DNA from: Candidatus Omnitrophota bacterium
GTDB lineage: Bacteria > Omnitrophota > Gorgyraeia > B26-G9
Direction: 5' to 3'
Assembly (NCBI GenBank): GCA_016213925.1
Contig: JACQZH010000021.1
Span: 6,295-70,294 of the forward strand
Length of the DNA stretch: 64,000 nucleotides
A model generated the notes under the pieces. The model worked only from the letters and a program-made list of their open reading frames with translations. It did not search any database and had not been told where the DNA came from. Positions within the stretch are counted from its first letter, which is position 1. Every line of letters begins with the position of its first letter. This document shows positions 28,188-37,764 of this stretch, in pieces. Made by a program: the position numbers and the translations under genes.

Positions 28188-28301
28188 TCCCAGATTTTGC
28201 CGGCCTATCGGCAAGCATCTTTTTATGCGAGATATTATTTTATAACTGTTTTTTTCGAACTAAGTTACCATAATTCTTGTTTTCTATTGCAATTTTTGGG
28301 A
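28188..28301. mobile_element. Short family-A element (114 bp) with the same TIRs but a different body
   Basis: TAA|tcccagattttgc ... gcaatttttggga|TAA. Confidence 0.55.
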
Positions 28302-28354
28302 TAATAAACAAATAAGTATAAAACCTTAGGCAGCGCCGAGAAAGGAGTTAATAC

Positions 28355-28849
28355 ATGAAAATAGAGGACCGTAAAGGCGAGTTAGTGATTACTGATTTTG
28401 CCGAACAGGAGGTTTACCAAATAGCCTCTAAGATAGAGAAAGACGGTATTTGGTTCTATCAAAAAGTAATGGAAAAAGTTAAAAATGAATATGCAAGGGA
28501 GATTTTAAAGGTTCTTATAGACGAGGAAAAAAAGCATCTTAAGTTGTTTGAAGAATTCTTATCGATAGCAAGGGAACATGGCTCTGATGATAATGAGGAT
28601 AATGATCTTTTGGATAGCATGGATTATGGTATTTTTCAGCCGTTTCAAGGGATGCCTAATATCGGCGAATTGATCGTAAATACCGATAAAGCGCTAAAAC
28701 TTGCGGTAATCGCGGAAGAAAAATCGATAAAATTTTACAGCGCCTGCTTAGGAAAAATATCTTCAAAAAAAACCATAATGGGGCTTACTGCGGTGATAGA
28801 AGAAGAAAAAAAGCATAAAGCCTTGTTTGAAAAAATGCGTTTGAAATAA
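28355..28849 (+). CDS. Ferritin-like/rubrerythrin family protein
   Basis: Two E...EExxH motifs (DEEKKH, EEEKKH). Confidence 0.85.
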   Translation: MKIEDRKGELVITDFAEQEVYQIASKIEKDGIWFYQKVMEKVKNEYAREILKVLIDEEKKHLKLFEEFLSIAREHGSDDNEDNDLLDSMDYGIFQPFQGMPNIGELIVNTDKALKLAVIAEEKSIKFYSACLGKISSKKTIMGLTAVIEEEKKHKALFEKMRLK

Positions 28850-29061
28850 GTGATTTGATATGTTTAAGGCAGATATAAGAAGGGAGGAGATGAGGCCTCT
28901 CTTTTTTATTTTAAAATCAATAAAAATAAAGCTAATGTTTTACCGAAAAAAACTTTATAATATATATGTATTTTATTCAAGGGGAAGTGAATTGTGCTAG
29001 TACGCTAATGCCGGCGTAAATATTATCACTATTGAGAAGCTACGTTTAAAAAGGAGGGGCT

Positions 29062-29403
29062 ATGGGGAAAAATAATAATAATAATAAATTAATTGATGGC
29101 GGCTTATTAATATTGCGGATTGGAATTGGAGTGATGTTTATTTTTCACGGCTGGCCTAAAGTCTGTGCAGGAGCACAGATGTGGGAAAGCCTGGGTAAAG
29201 CTGTTTCCTCATCGCTGATGATGATAACGATGGCTGTTGCCGCAACAATGCATTTAAAGGCAGGCGATGGCTTGCAAACAGCGGCGCATTCTATTGAACT
29301 GGGGATTGTTTTTTTTAGTTTAATATTTATTGGAGCAGGAGAGTTTCGTTTAAGCGGCGTTTTTAAAAAAATGCAGAAAAAGGCCCCGAAAAAGAGCGGA
29401 TAA
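29062..29403 (+). CDS. DoxX family membrane protein, apparently with an internal deletion
   Basis: LRIGIG.MFIFHGWPK and GAGEF motifs; the central E..GG..L..G..R helix is missing. Confidence 0.8.
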   Translation: MGKNNNNNKLIDGGLLILRIGIGVMFIFHGWPKVCAGAQMWESLGKAVSSSLMMITMAVAATMHLKAGDGLQTAAHSIELGIVFFSLIFIGAGEFRLSGVFKKMQKKAPKKSG

Positions 29404-29419
29404 AACACAACAACTTTTT

Positions 29420-30346
29420 ATGATAACCTATGCCAGGCGATATGGTTTTAGCGGTTTAATTAAAAATTTAATTACAGCTTTAAGGCTTCCTTTTATAAGT
29501 GTCAGCCAGATAGCATTTTTATTTGGGTCTTTGATATCCTGGCCGCAATTTAATCCGGGGTATTTTATTCTAGGCAGCGGTATTGTTATTTTTACGCATT
29601 TAGGGGCAAATCTTTTCAATGATTATGCGGATTCTTTAAGCGGAGTGGATTGGCAGGATACTAACGCATACGGCTTTTTCGGCGGTTCAAAACTTATTCA
29701 GCAGAAAATATTTTCTGAAAGGTTTTATTTGGTCACGGCAGTATGTTTTTTTTCCCTAGCCTTAGCCGGGGTTTTATTCTTGAGCGTGCTCATGAAAAGC
29801 TTTATCGTGCTCGGAAGCTTTTTATTTGTTTGTGTTATCGGCGCTGGTTATTCGCTTGGGCCTTTAGAATTTTCTTATAAGAGGATAGGCGAATTGGTTA
29901 TTTTTCTGCTTTTTGGCCCGGCGCTGGTTATGGGTGGATATTTTATACAAACCGGTGTTTTTCCTTCCTGGGAGGGGTTTTACTTATCGTTACCGCTGGG
30001 ATTTGCGGCAATTGCTGTGTTATTTGCTAATGAAATTCCCGATTTCCCGCATGATTTGGCAAAGAATAAGCTTAACTGGGTTAGCTTTTGGGGGCAGGAG
30101 AAAGCGTTTATAGGGTATTATTTCATAATTGCATGTATTTTTTGTTCTGTGGTTTTTAATGTTATTGCCGGAAACCTTAGAGTATGGACACTCTCCTGTT
30201 TTCTCGGTATCGTCCCGGTTTTAAAGGCAGGAAGGATATTAAAATATTTTTATGCCGATAAACAAAAGTGCAGGGATTCGTCAAAGCTGACAATAGGTGT
30301 ATATATTTATAGCGGGATCATCCTAATCATGGATAAATTAATATGA
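29420..30346 (+). CDS. menA: UbiA-family prenyltransferase, MenA-like
   Basis: NDYAD..GVD, GGS and NEIPD motifs; multiple TM helices. Confidence 0.8.
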   Translation: MITYARRYGFSGLIKNLITALRLPFISVSQIAFLFGSLISWPQFNPGYFILGSGIVIFTHLGANLFNDYADSLSGVDWQDTNAYGFFGGSKLIQQKIFSERFYLVTAVCFFSLALAGVLFLSVLMKSFIVLGSFLFVCVIGAGYSLGPLEFSYKRIGELVIFLLFGPALVMGGYFIQTGVFPSWEGFYLSLPLGFAAIAVLFANEIPDFPHDLAKNKLNWVSFWGQEKAFIGYYFIIACIFCSVVFNVIAGNLRVWTLSCFLGIVPVLKAGRILKYFYADKQKCRDSSKLTIGVYIYSGIILIMDKLI

Positions 30347-31461
30347 AAAAAGTTATAATTATCGGAGGAGGATTTGCCGGGCTGAAAGCGGCGCAGGTTT
30401 TATGCAAAAGGTTTAAAAATATAAAAACGCATGTTATAGATAAAAACAAAAATTCGATATTCTTACCGTTGCTTCCGGATGTTATCGGCCGTGAAATTAA
30501 TCACAAATATTTAGAATATCCATTGGACCAGGCAGCAAGAGTGCATGGTTTTAATTTTATTAACCGCGAAGTTAGCGGGATTGACCTTGAAAAAAAGAAA
30601 GTAATTTGCCATGATAAAAACTTTGATTATGATTTTCTGGTTATTGCCGCAGGCAGCAGGACTAATTTTTACGGGCAGGAACAAATAAAAAAAACAGCAT
30701 TTACATTGGATGATACTGCTGACGCTCTGGCAATCCTTGAGGCATTAAAAGCGAAATCTTTTGAAAATATTGTTATCTGCGGCGCAGGCTATACCGGGGT
30801 TGAAATAGCGGCCAACATAAAGGCTTTTTTATTAAAACACAGAATCAGGAAAAAGATTATTATCGCGGAAAAATTCCAGGGTATTTTATCCGGCATGCCT
30901 GGGGGATTGAGAAAGTATGTTTTGGACAAGCTAGGGCAGATGGATATTCCGGTTTCTCTAAATACTTCTATTCGGACAGCCTCTGAAACAGAAGTCGTGC
31001 TTTCCGACGGAAAGGTTATTGAAAAAGCTATGCTTATTTGGGCGGCTGGAGTTAAATGCGCTGATTTTTTAAGCGGGACTAACCTAGAGAAAAATGCGCA
31101 GGAAAGAATTAAAGTAGACAGGTTCTTATGTTTTAAAGAAGGCTGTTTTGCTATTGGTGATTCAGCGCTGGTTTTACGCGGGCAAAAGGCTTTGAGAATG
31201 TCAGTGCAGTTTGCGGTTACTCAAGGGGCAAGCGCGGCTTTGAATATCGGAAGAATAAATAACGCAAAGAAAGAGAAGATATATAAGCCTGTGGACCTTG
31301 GATATATTATTCCAATGGCCGGGGCAAATGCCTGCGGAAATATACTGGGCATACAGGCAACCGGAGCAATGCCTGCTTTAATGCATTATATTATGTGTAT
31401 AGTACGCAGTTGGGAGACGATAAGCAAATTGGGAATAATCAGGTCGTTGCTGGTGAATTAA
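30343..31461 (+). CDS. Type II NADH dehydrogenase-like FAD oxidoreductase
   Basis: Two Rossmann motifs (GGGFAG, GAGYTGVE), IWAAGV and FAIGD. Confidence 0.85.
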   Translation: MKKVIIIGGGFAGLKAAQVLCKRFKNIKTHVIDKNKNSIFLPLLPDVIGREINHKYLEYPLDQAARVHGFNFINREVSGIDLEKKKVICHDKNFDYDFLVIAAGSRTNFYGQEQIKKTAFTLDDTADALAILEALKAKSFENIVICGAGYTGVEIAANIKAFLLKHRIRKKIIIAEKFQGILSGMPGGLRKYVLDKLGQMDIPVSLNTSIRTASETEVVLSDGKVIEKAMLIWAAGVKCADFLSGTNLEKNAQERIKVDRFLCFKEGCFAIGDSALVLRGQKALRMSVQFAVTQGASAALNIGRINNAKKEKIYKPVDLGYIIPMAGANACGNILGIQATGAMPALMHYIMCIVRSWETISKLGIIRSLLVN

Positions 31462-31477
31462 TTAAGGAGGAGTATAA

Positions 31478-32857
31478 ATGGCCGGGCGCGGTGCTTGTAA
31501 GATTTTTATTGTTTTTTTTATCGCGGCATGTTTTTTGATTAAGCCTGCTTTGCTGATTGCCCAGACTGGTGATGAATTCAACGAGATGATCTCGGAATAT
31601 GAACAGAAATTCGCGCATAATCCTTACGATGAGAATATAAAAAAGAGATTGAGCGTGCTTTATCACAATTACGCGCGGCTATTGGCTGATGATGGACTAT
31701 GGCAAGAGGCGATTACCGAAGAAAAAAGGGCATATGATTTGTATCCGAAGGAAGAGGCCATTTTAAAAACACTTGCATATTTTCATAATGAATATAGCCT
31801 GGAGCTTAAATCAGAGGGAAAATTTAACAGCGCTTTGGAAAATTTATCTTCGGCAATAAGATATAATCCTGATGAGCCGCAATTAAAGAAAAATACGGCA
31901 ATGCTTTATTTGACTTTGGCGAATGAGATGTTCGCCAAGGCAGAGTATTCTAATGCTGAACGTATGCTGCAAAACTCTAAACAGTTTGATGAAAATAACC
32001 CGTATTTGTATGTTTTGCTGGGAGAGATAGCGTATTTAAGAGATAATTATTTTAAAACTCATGAATATTGGAGCAAAGCTTTGGAATTAAATTCCAGTTT
32101 ATACGAAATAAGATATAAACTGGAAAAACTAGAAAAAGAAAAGGAATTGGAAGGGAATTTTAACATACGCGAGGTGGATAATTTTAAGCTGAAATTTGAG
32201 GGGATTGAAAAGGAAGAATTAGCCGCGAATGCCGCGGAAATTCTTAGAAACGCGTACCGTGATGTCGGCCAGGATTTTAATGTGTATCCGCGGCAGATTG
32301 TCCCGGTTATTATTTATCCTGAAACTAAATTAAGCGAGCTTGATTATTTTCCTGACTGGGCAGCCGGTTCATATGACGGGAAAATCCGTTTTGGCGAGCA
32401 TCTGGGTAAAAATGAACTTAATATGAAAGCAGTGCTTTACCATGAGTATACGCATGTTATCGTCAGGATATTAGCCCAGGACAATGTGCCGCTTTGGCTT
32501 AATGAAGGGTTAGCGGAACATGAAGCAGAGGAATTTAAAAGAGTTGAAGATAAAAAGATACGCAAACAAAAACTTTTGAAAGCGGTTGAAAAAAATGTTA
32601 TTTTTGATATCGACCACCTTTCCAAGATGGATCTAACAAAGCTAACGTATCTTTCTCCGGCCCGGATTGAACTTGTTTATGCTCAATCGGAATCTTTCGT
32701 CAATTATTTGATTAATCGTTCTTCTATCTTTGACATGAAAAATATTTTAGTGCGCCTGGGAAAAGGAGAGAGCGTATATAAAGCTGTAAAAGAGGTTTTG
32801 TTTGTGGACCTGGATAAACTGGAAAGAGACTGGATAGTTGAGTTAAAAGGGCAGTAA
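31478..32857 (+). CDS. Secreted TPR-repeat protein with gluzincin (peptidase MA-like) domain
   Basis: TPR helices and HEYTH...WLNEGLAE. Confidence 0.85.
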   Translation: MAGRGACKIFIVFFIAACFLIKPALLIAQTGDEFNEMISEYEQKFAHNPYDENIKKRLSVLYHNYARLLADDGLWQEAITEEKRAYDLYPKEEAILKTLAYFHNEYSLELKSEGKFNSALENLSSAIRYNPDEPQLKKNTAMLYLTLANEMFAKAEYSNAERMLQNSKQFDENNPYLYVLLGEIAYLRDNYFKTHEYWSKALELNSSLYEIRYKLEKLEKEKELEGNFNIREVDNFKLKFEGIEKEELAANAAEILRNAYRDVGQDFNVYPRQIVPVIIYPETKLSELDYFPDWAAGSYDGKIRFGEHLGKNELNMKAVLYHEYTHVIVRILAQDNVPLWLNEGLAEHEAEEFKRVEDKKIRKQKLLKAVEKNVIFDIDHLSKMDLTKLTYLSPARIELVYAQSESFVNYLINRSSIFDMKNILVRLGKGESVYKAVKEVLFVDLDKLERDWIVELKGQ

Positions 32858-32888
32858 CCCCTGGATTAGCCGGCAAAATCAAGAATAA

Positions 32889-34028
32889 ATGAAAAAAATT
32901 GGAATTTATATTCATATCCCTTTTTGTATCAAAAAATGTTCTTATTGCGATTTTTACTCGGTCAGGCTGAAAAATAGAAAAGAGATAAAAGATTATTGCG
33001 ATGCTTTAAAAAAAGATATCGAGTTTTTCGCCAAAAAATTGCGGGATTATTCTGTTAAAACAGTTTATTTTGGCGGTGGGACTCCTTCTCTGCTTACAAA
33101 GGCACAGGCCGGCCGGATCATACAAAAGGTTAGGGCTGATTTTTCAGTTGAGGAAAAAGCGGAAATTACTTTAGAAGCAAATCCGGCAACACTTACCGGG
33201 AACAAGCTTAAGGGTTTCAAAAAAGCCGGAGTAAACAGGGTCAGCTTGGGGGTTCAGTCTTTTTCTGATAAATTTTTAAAGATTCTCGGCAGGGCGCATA
33301 AGGCTAAAGATGCCTTAAACAGCATAGAACTTTTACGCAAGGCAGAGTTTGATAATATAAGTATTGATTTGATTTACGGGCTGCCGGAACAGGATTTAGA
33401 TGACTGGAAAGCAGAGCTTGATAATTTTATAGCTTTGGGAATAGAACATATTTCCTTTTACGATTTAAAAATAGAAAAAGGCACGCCGTTCTATAAAATC
33501 AGAAAAGATTTAAAAGTTCCGGACGAATATTTACAGGCAAAAATGTATAAAATTGGCTGTCATTTGCTTGAATCTGCGGGGTATCTGCATTATGAGATCT
33601 CCAGCTTCGCGAAAAAAGGAAAAGAATCGCAGCATAACCAGCTCTACTGGAAGAACGAAGAATATCTTGGTATAGGCGCGGGCGCGTATTCCTATCTTAA
33701 GGGGGCCAGGTTTTGCCGGATAAAAAATATAAACAAATATCAGGATGAGGTTAGAAAAAATGACATAAAAAGATATCATCCTGAAAAGCTGGATAAAAAC
33801 AGGCGGCTTGCGGAGACATTGATATTAAATCTGCGGCTTTTAAAGGGCGTTAATTTAGAAAATATTGAAAAACGCTGTTCATCCTTGTTTAGCAGGAACT
33901 TACTTGAAGAGTTAAATAAGCTTAACCAGGAAAAGCTGCTTGTCAAAGCGCGCGGAAACTACCGCTTATCAAATAAAGGTATTTTGTTTTACGATACAGT
34001 TTCAGGGTATATTTTATCAAACAGGTAA
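32889..34028 (+). CDS. hemW: Radical SAM heme chaperone HemW (HemN-like)
   Basis: YIHIPFCIKKCSYCDF, GGGTPS, YEISSF and HNQLYW motifs. Confidence 0.9.
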   Translation: MKKIGIYIHIPFCIKKCSYCDFYSVRLKNRKEIKDYCDALKKDIEFFAKKLRDYSVKTVYFGGGTPSLLTKAQAGRIIQKVRADFSVEEKAEITLEANPATLTGNKLKGFKKAGVNRVSLGVQSFSDKFLKILGRAHKAKDALNSIELLRKAEFDNISIDLIYGLPEQDLDDWKAELDNFIALGIEHISFYDLKIEKGTPFYKIRKDLKVPDEYLQAKMYKIGCHLLESAGYLHYEISSFAKKGKESQHNQLYWKNEEYLGIGAGAYSYLKGARFCRIKNINKYQDEVRKNDIKRYHPEKLDKNRRLAETLILNLRLLKGVNLENIEKRCSSLFSRNLLEELNKLNQEKLLVKARGNYRLSNKGILFYDTVSGYILSNR

Positions 34029-34055
34029 CTCAAGGCATACGCGGTATTTCAAAAA

Positions 34056-35195
34056 ATGGAAAATAGGCAGAAAGTTAAAAACGTAAAAGTTTTTTCCGAC
34101 ATAGAGACGCTAGAAGCGCGCAGGCATCTAAATAGGCTAATTAAGGATATCGACGCGCATATAGAGAATTTTTTTCCGAAAATACTTAATGAAAATGACC
34201 TTTGCCGGTTTTTGCGGCGGAAGAAGTCCGGATACGTTGGCAAAGATATAAACGCGAAGAGTATAATTTCCGCTCCGGTATGGGCGCTTATGAAACGAAG
34301 AGGCAGGCACTGGCGTTCTTTGTTCGCTATATTGCTGCTCGAAGCGCTGGGGAAGAAAGCAGCTCCGTATGAACAGCTTTTATCCGTTATTCCTGAACTA
34401 TGCCACAGCGGAGCGTTGATAATTGATGATATCGAGGATAATTCTCTGGAGAGGAGAGGTAATGCCTGTATCCATAAAGGCTATGGCCTGGACGTGGCTA
34501 TTAACGCGGCAAATACGGTATATTTCCTTCCTTTTTTGCTTGTTGCTAACCATAAACATCTTAATGAAAGAAAAAAATTCATGATTTACCGGGTTATGGT
34601 TGACAAGTTTATCCGCGCTCATTTTGGGCAGGGAATGGATATATATTTTTCAAAGCATATTACGATGAATAAATTACGGTTGTGGAGCAAAGATTCGTTG
34701 GAAGATAAGATTACGCAGGTTTACGCGGATAAAACTTCGGCGATACTCGAAGGGCTTGTGGAAATAGTGGAGATTATTAGCGGGCTTAAAGGCAGCAGGA
34801 TAATTAAAAAAGGCATTGCTTTTGCCAACAAGTTTGGCGTGGCTTTTCAAATTATCGATGATGTGCATAATTTTATTGATCAGGCGAGATCACCGAAAAA
34901 GACAGGAGAGGATTTGCGCGCGGGAAAGCTTACTTATGTTATTGCCAGCGCATTAAATAAGCTGACAGGAAGCGATCAAAAGCTGGTTATGAATGTTATA
35001 GCGCGCAGAAATTACCGCCGCCGCGCTAAAAAGATACTTAATGCGGTTAAATTGATAAAAGAGTGCGGGGTTTTAGATGAGTGCCTGAATAAAGCAAGGT
35101 TAATGGTAAAAGTTGAGAGAGAAAAATTTTTTAAAGCCCTTCCGCGGGGAAAAGCGCAAAAAATGCTTTTAGTATTGCTTGATGATCTGCTTTAA
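34056..35195 (+). CDS. trans-Polyprenyl diphosphate synthase
   Basis: FARM DDIED..RRG, GQGMD, KT and SARM FQIIDDVHN. Confidence 0.9.
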   Translation: MENRQKVKNVKVFSDIETLEARRHLNRLIKDIDAHIENFFPKILNENDLCRFLRRKKSGYVGKDINAKSIISAPVWALMKRRGRHWRSLFAILLLEALGKKAAPYEQLLSVIPELCHSGALIIDDIEDNSLERRGNACIHKGYGLDVAINAANTVYFLPFLLVANHKHLNERKKFMIYRVMVDKFIRAHFGQGMDIYFSKHITMNKLRLWSKDSLEDKITQVYADKTSAILEGLVEIVEIISGLKGSRIIKKGIAFANKFGVAFQIIDDVHNFIDQARSPKKTGEDLRAGKLTYVIASALNKLTGSDQKLVMNVIARRNYRRRAKKILNAVKLIKECGVLDECLNKARLMVKVEREKFFKALPRGKAQKMLLVLLDDLL

Positions 35196-35535
35196 ATTAA
35201 TGATATACTATTAGGAATAAGATTTTTCTAAAATCGTAATTAGAAAATAGTTTGTAAGTGCAGACTGCTCATTCTCGGCATTGTTGTTATGCCTTTGGGA
35301 TGGTTTGGAATATAAGAAGGGTTTTCGAACTTGCCAAGACGTAGTACTGGTTTAAATATATATTTTTAAGACTACAATAAAATAGTTTAAACAAAGATGT
35401 AATTTTTTATATATTTGCCTAAAATTTGTTTTAAATTAATAATATTGCAAAAAGTGAAGTGAAATTATAGAATAATTAGCGTTGCCCGTAAGTAATAAAT
35501 ATAGAAAGTGAAAAAAATATTTTTTGGGAGAGCAA

Positions 35536-36447
35536 ATGAAAGCAGCTTTTTTTGGGCAGTTCTTATTGGATAAAGGCGTAATAAATACTAAACAGTTTGC
35601 CGATGCATCAGACTTGCAGAATAAGGTTAATTTAAAGATCGGCCAGCTAGTTTTAGAGAAAAAACTTTTGACTCCGTTGCAAGTAAAAATTATCCTTGAT
35701 CATCAAAAAAGAAATGATGTTTATTTTGGGGAGGCAGCACAGCAGCTTGGGTTTCTTACGCTTGAACAGGTCCAGATGCTTTTAAAGGAGCAGGAAGAAC
35801 GGCATATCTTTATTGGAGAGGCATTGATTCGTTGCGGGTATATTACGCAAGAGCAATTAAAAGAGGCATTGGTGGAATTTAATGCCGAGCAAAAAGAAAA
35901 TGAAATGCTCAGCCCCAAGGCGTATCCAGAAAGATTTGAAAAGGAGAAGATATTTATAGAGCAGTTTGTGGTTTATACGATTAAGTTGTTAAGCCGGATG
36001 GGCGGGATAATCGCTAAATATGACCATTATGAGGAAGTGAAAAAAAGCATAGCGGTTTTACCGGTAGCGGTTGAAATGCATTTCCGTGGGGATATGAGTA
36101 ATCAGCTTAACCGTTATTTGCTTATGACCTCGAAAGAAACAGCGCAAGCTATCGCAGTTAATTTTTTTGAAGGAAGCGGTATGGCTATTGAAGGCAGTGT
36201 TATTATTGATGCTCTTTCAGAACTGGTGAACATTATATGTGGACAGGTTTGCGGCCGCTTGTGGGAATTTGGAAAACTGAGCGTAACATTATCTCAAAAG
36301 GTTATGATCGATGCCGATCAGATGCAATTAAGCTATGTTTTAAAAGAAAATCAGAAAGCAGTATACTTATCAATGGTAACTTCCGATGGGAAAAAACTAG
36401 GCCTATTACTGGTCTTTTTTTTGTCCCTGGATAAGAATAGCGTATAA
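35536..36447 (+). CDS. Protein with four MshEN-like repeats and a C-terminal CheC/CheX-like domain
   Basis: Repeats of (F/I)G(Q/E)x(L/A)xxxGxIT..QL; CheX ExxN motif DALSELVNIICG. Confidence 0.7.
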   Translation: MKAAFFGQFLLDKGVINTKQFADASDLQNKVNLKIGQLVLEKKLLTPLQVKIILDHQKRNDVYFGEAAQQLGFLTLEQVQMLLKEQEERHIFIGEALIRCGYITQEQLKEALVEFNAEQKENEMLSPKAYPERFEKEKIFIEQFVVYTIKLLSRMGGIIAKYDHYEEVKKSIAVLPVAVEMHFRGDMSNQLNRYLLMTSKETAQAIAVNFFEGSGMAIEGSVIIDALSELVNIICGQVCGRLWEFGKLSVTLSQKVMIDADQMQLSYVLKENQKAVYLSMVTSDGKKLGLLLVFFLSLDKNSV

Positions 36448-36480
36448 TCCCAAAAATAAAGACTAATAAAAAGGTTTATT

Positions 36481-36885
36481 ATGAGCGGGCTAGCCACTTT
36501 AAATCGGAACAAAGGATTTACTTTTGTTGAGGTGATGGTAGTTTTATTGATTCTTGCCGGTATTATCGCAGGATTCTCAAGCTTAAGCGGAGCTAATTTT
36601 ACGCTTTTGGAACAGGTGGCTAATTCGAATATCGCGATTAATGACGCCCGTTCGGTTTTAGAAAATATGCGTAATATTGACCCGTTTACCGCGGCTAACC
36701 TGACCGCTCAATATCCGGATGGAGCCGCTGTTGCCGGATTTAATAATCTTGAGCAAGAAACAGTGAGAGTTAATTATGTGGATCTTACCGCTGATCCGAT
36801 ACAGGTTACGATTACCGTATCGTGGGAAGGCAAAGGCGGCGCGGCATTAACCGAAGAGGTAACTACTCTTTTGACGGCACGCTGA
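36481..36885 (+). CDS. Type IV minor pilin (PilV-like)
   Basis: G|FTFVE prepilin motif and VTITVSW. Confidence 0.85.
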   Translation: MSGLATLNRNKGFTFVEVMVVLLILAGIIAGFSSLSGANFTLLEQVANSNIAINDARSVLENMRNIDPFTAANLTAQYPDGAAVAGFNNLEQETVRVNYVDLTADPIQVTITVSWEGKGGAALTEEVTTLLTAR

Positions 36886-36912
36886 TGGAGTTGGCATTGA
36901 AAGAGAAAAAAT

Positions 36913-37737
36913 ATGAAAAAAATATTTAAATCAAAAAAAGGCGTTTCTTTGCTTGAGGCCCTAATTGTGTGTGTTGTTTCTGTTTTTATTATATTGACGC
37001 TTCTGGCATTGTTATCTTCGGCGCGCAGCACATGGGCGATTTCCGATGTAAAATCAGACCTTTATATTAACGCGCGCAGGGCAATGTATGAGATGTTCAA
37101 TGAGCTTATTGAGGCTTCCAGCGGGGATACGGAATCATTTGTGTTCGTTGATCCTTTGAACGGAGAATATGCTCAAGGGTTATGGTTTGCTTCAGCCCGC
37201 GGGAATGAAGCGGTAGCCGGAGAAGATGGAAGCTCGGCTAATAATTATTTTCATCTTGATGCTAGTAATGTGGCGGCATGGCGTTCTCTGGTAGTTTACT
37301 GCGCGTATGAGACAGCGGACGGGATAAAACAGCTGCGCAGGTATGTGGATTACGGCCCAAATCTTACTTTTTATAATGGAGTAAATATTTTTCCGTTGAC
37401 TGTTCAATCCGTAACCGCAGCCAGCCTGAACTTGCTTACCGCTGACGCGGCGACAGTTATTTCTATTGACCGCGCTCAAGGCAGGGTGCTGGCAAATTAT
37501 ATCAGCAATGAAGACGCGAATAATAATAATGCCCTTGACGCCAATGAGAATGACGGAATAGATAATGATCCGGTTGATAATGAAGACGGCGCATTAAATT
37601 ACGGGGCGAATTTTACTAAAAATGTCGGTAGTGTTGATATTGTGCTTTTTTTGAGCAAGGAAGCGGTGAAACTAAAAGAGCAAGGCAGGTTTCTTAGTAC
37701 TACGCTGCGCAACAGGGTAAAATTCAGGCAGCCTTGA
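36913..37737 (+). CDS. Type IV minor pilin (PilW-like)
   Basis: G|VSLLE prepilin motif. Confidence 0.8.
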   Translation: MKKIFKSKKGVSLLEALIVCVVSVFIILTLLALLSSARSTWAISDVKSDLYINARRAMYEMFNELIEASSGDTESFVFVDPLNGEYAQGLWFASARGNEAVAGEDGSSANNYFHLDASNVAAWRSLVVYCAYETADGIKQLRRYVDYGPNLTFYNGVNIFPLTVQSVTAASLNLLTADAATVISIDRAQGRVLANYISNEDANNNNALDANENDGIDNDPVDNEDGALNYGANFTKNVGSVDIVLFLSKEAVKLKEQGRFLSTTLRNRVKFRQP

Positions 37738-37764
37738 TGCCGCATTAAAAGAGGGAGAATAATT

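Noticed and set aside
29071-29085. (AAT)5 repeat at the doxX start
   Set aside because: Short in-frame triplet run with no phase-variation effect.
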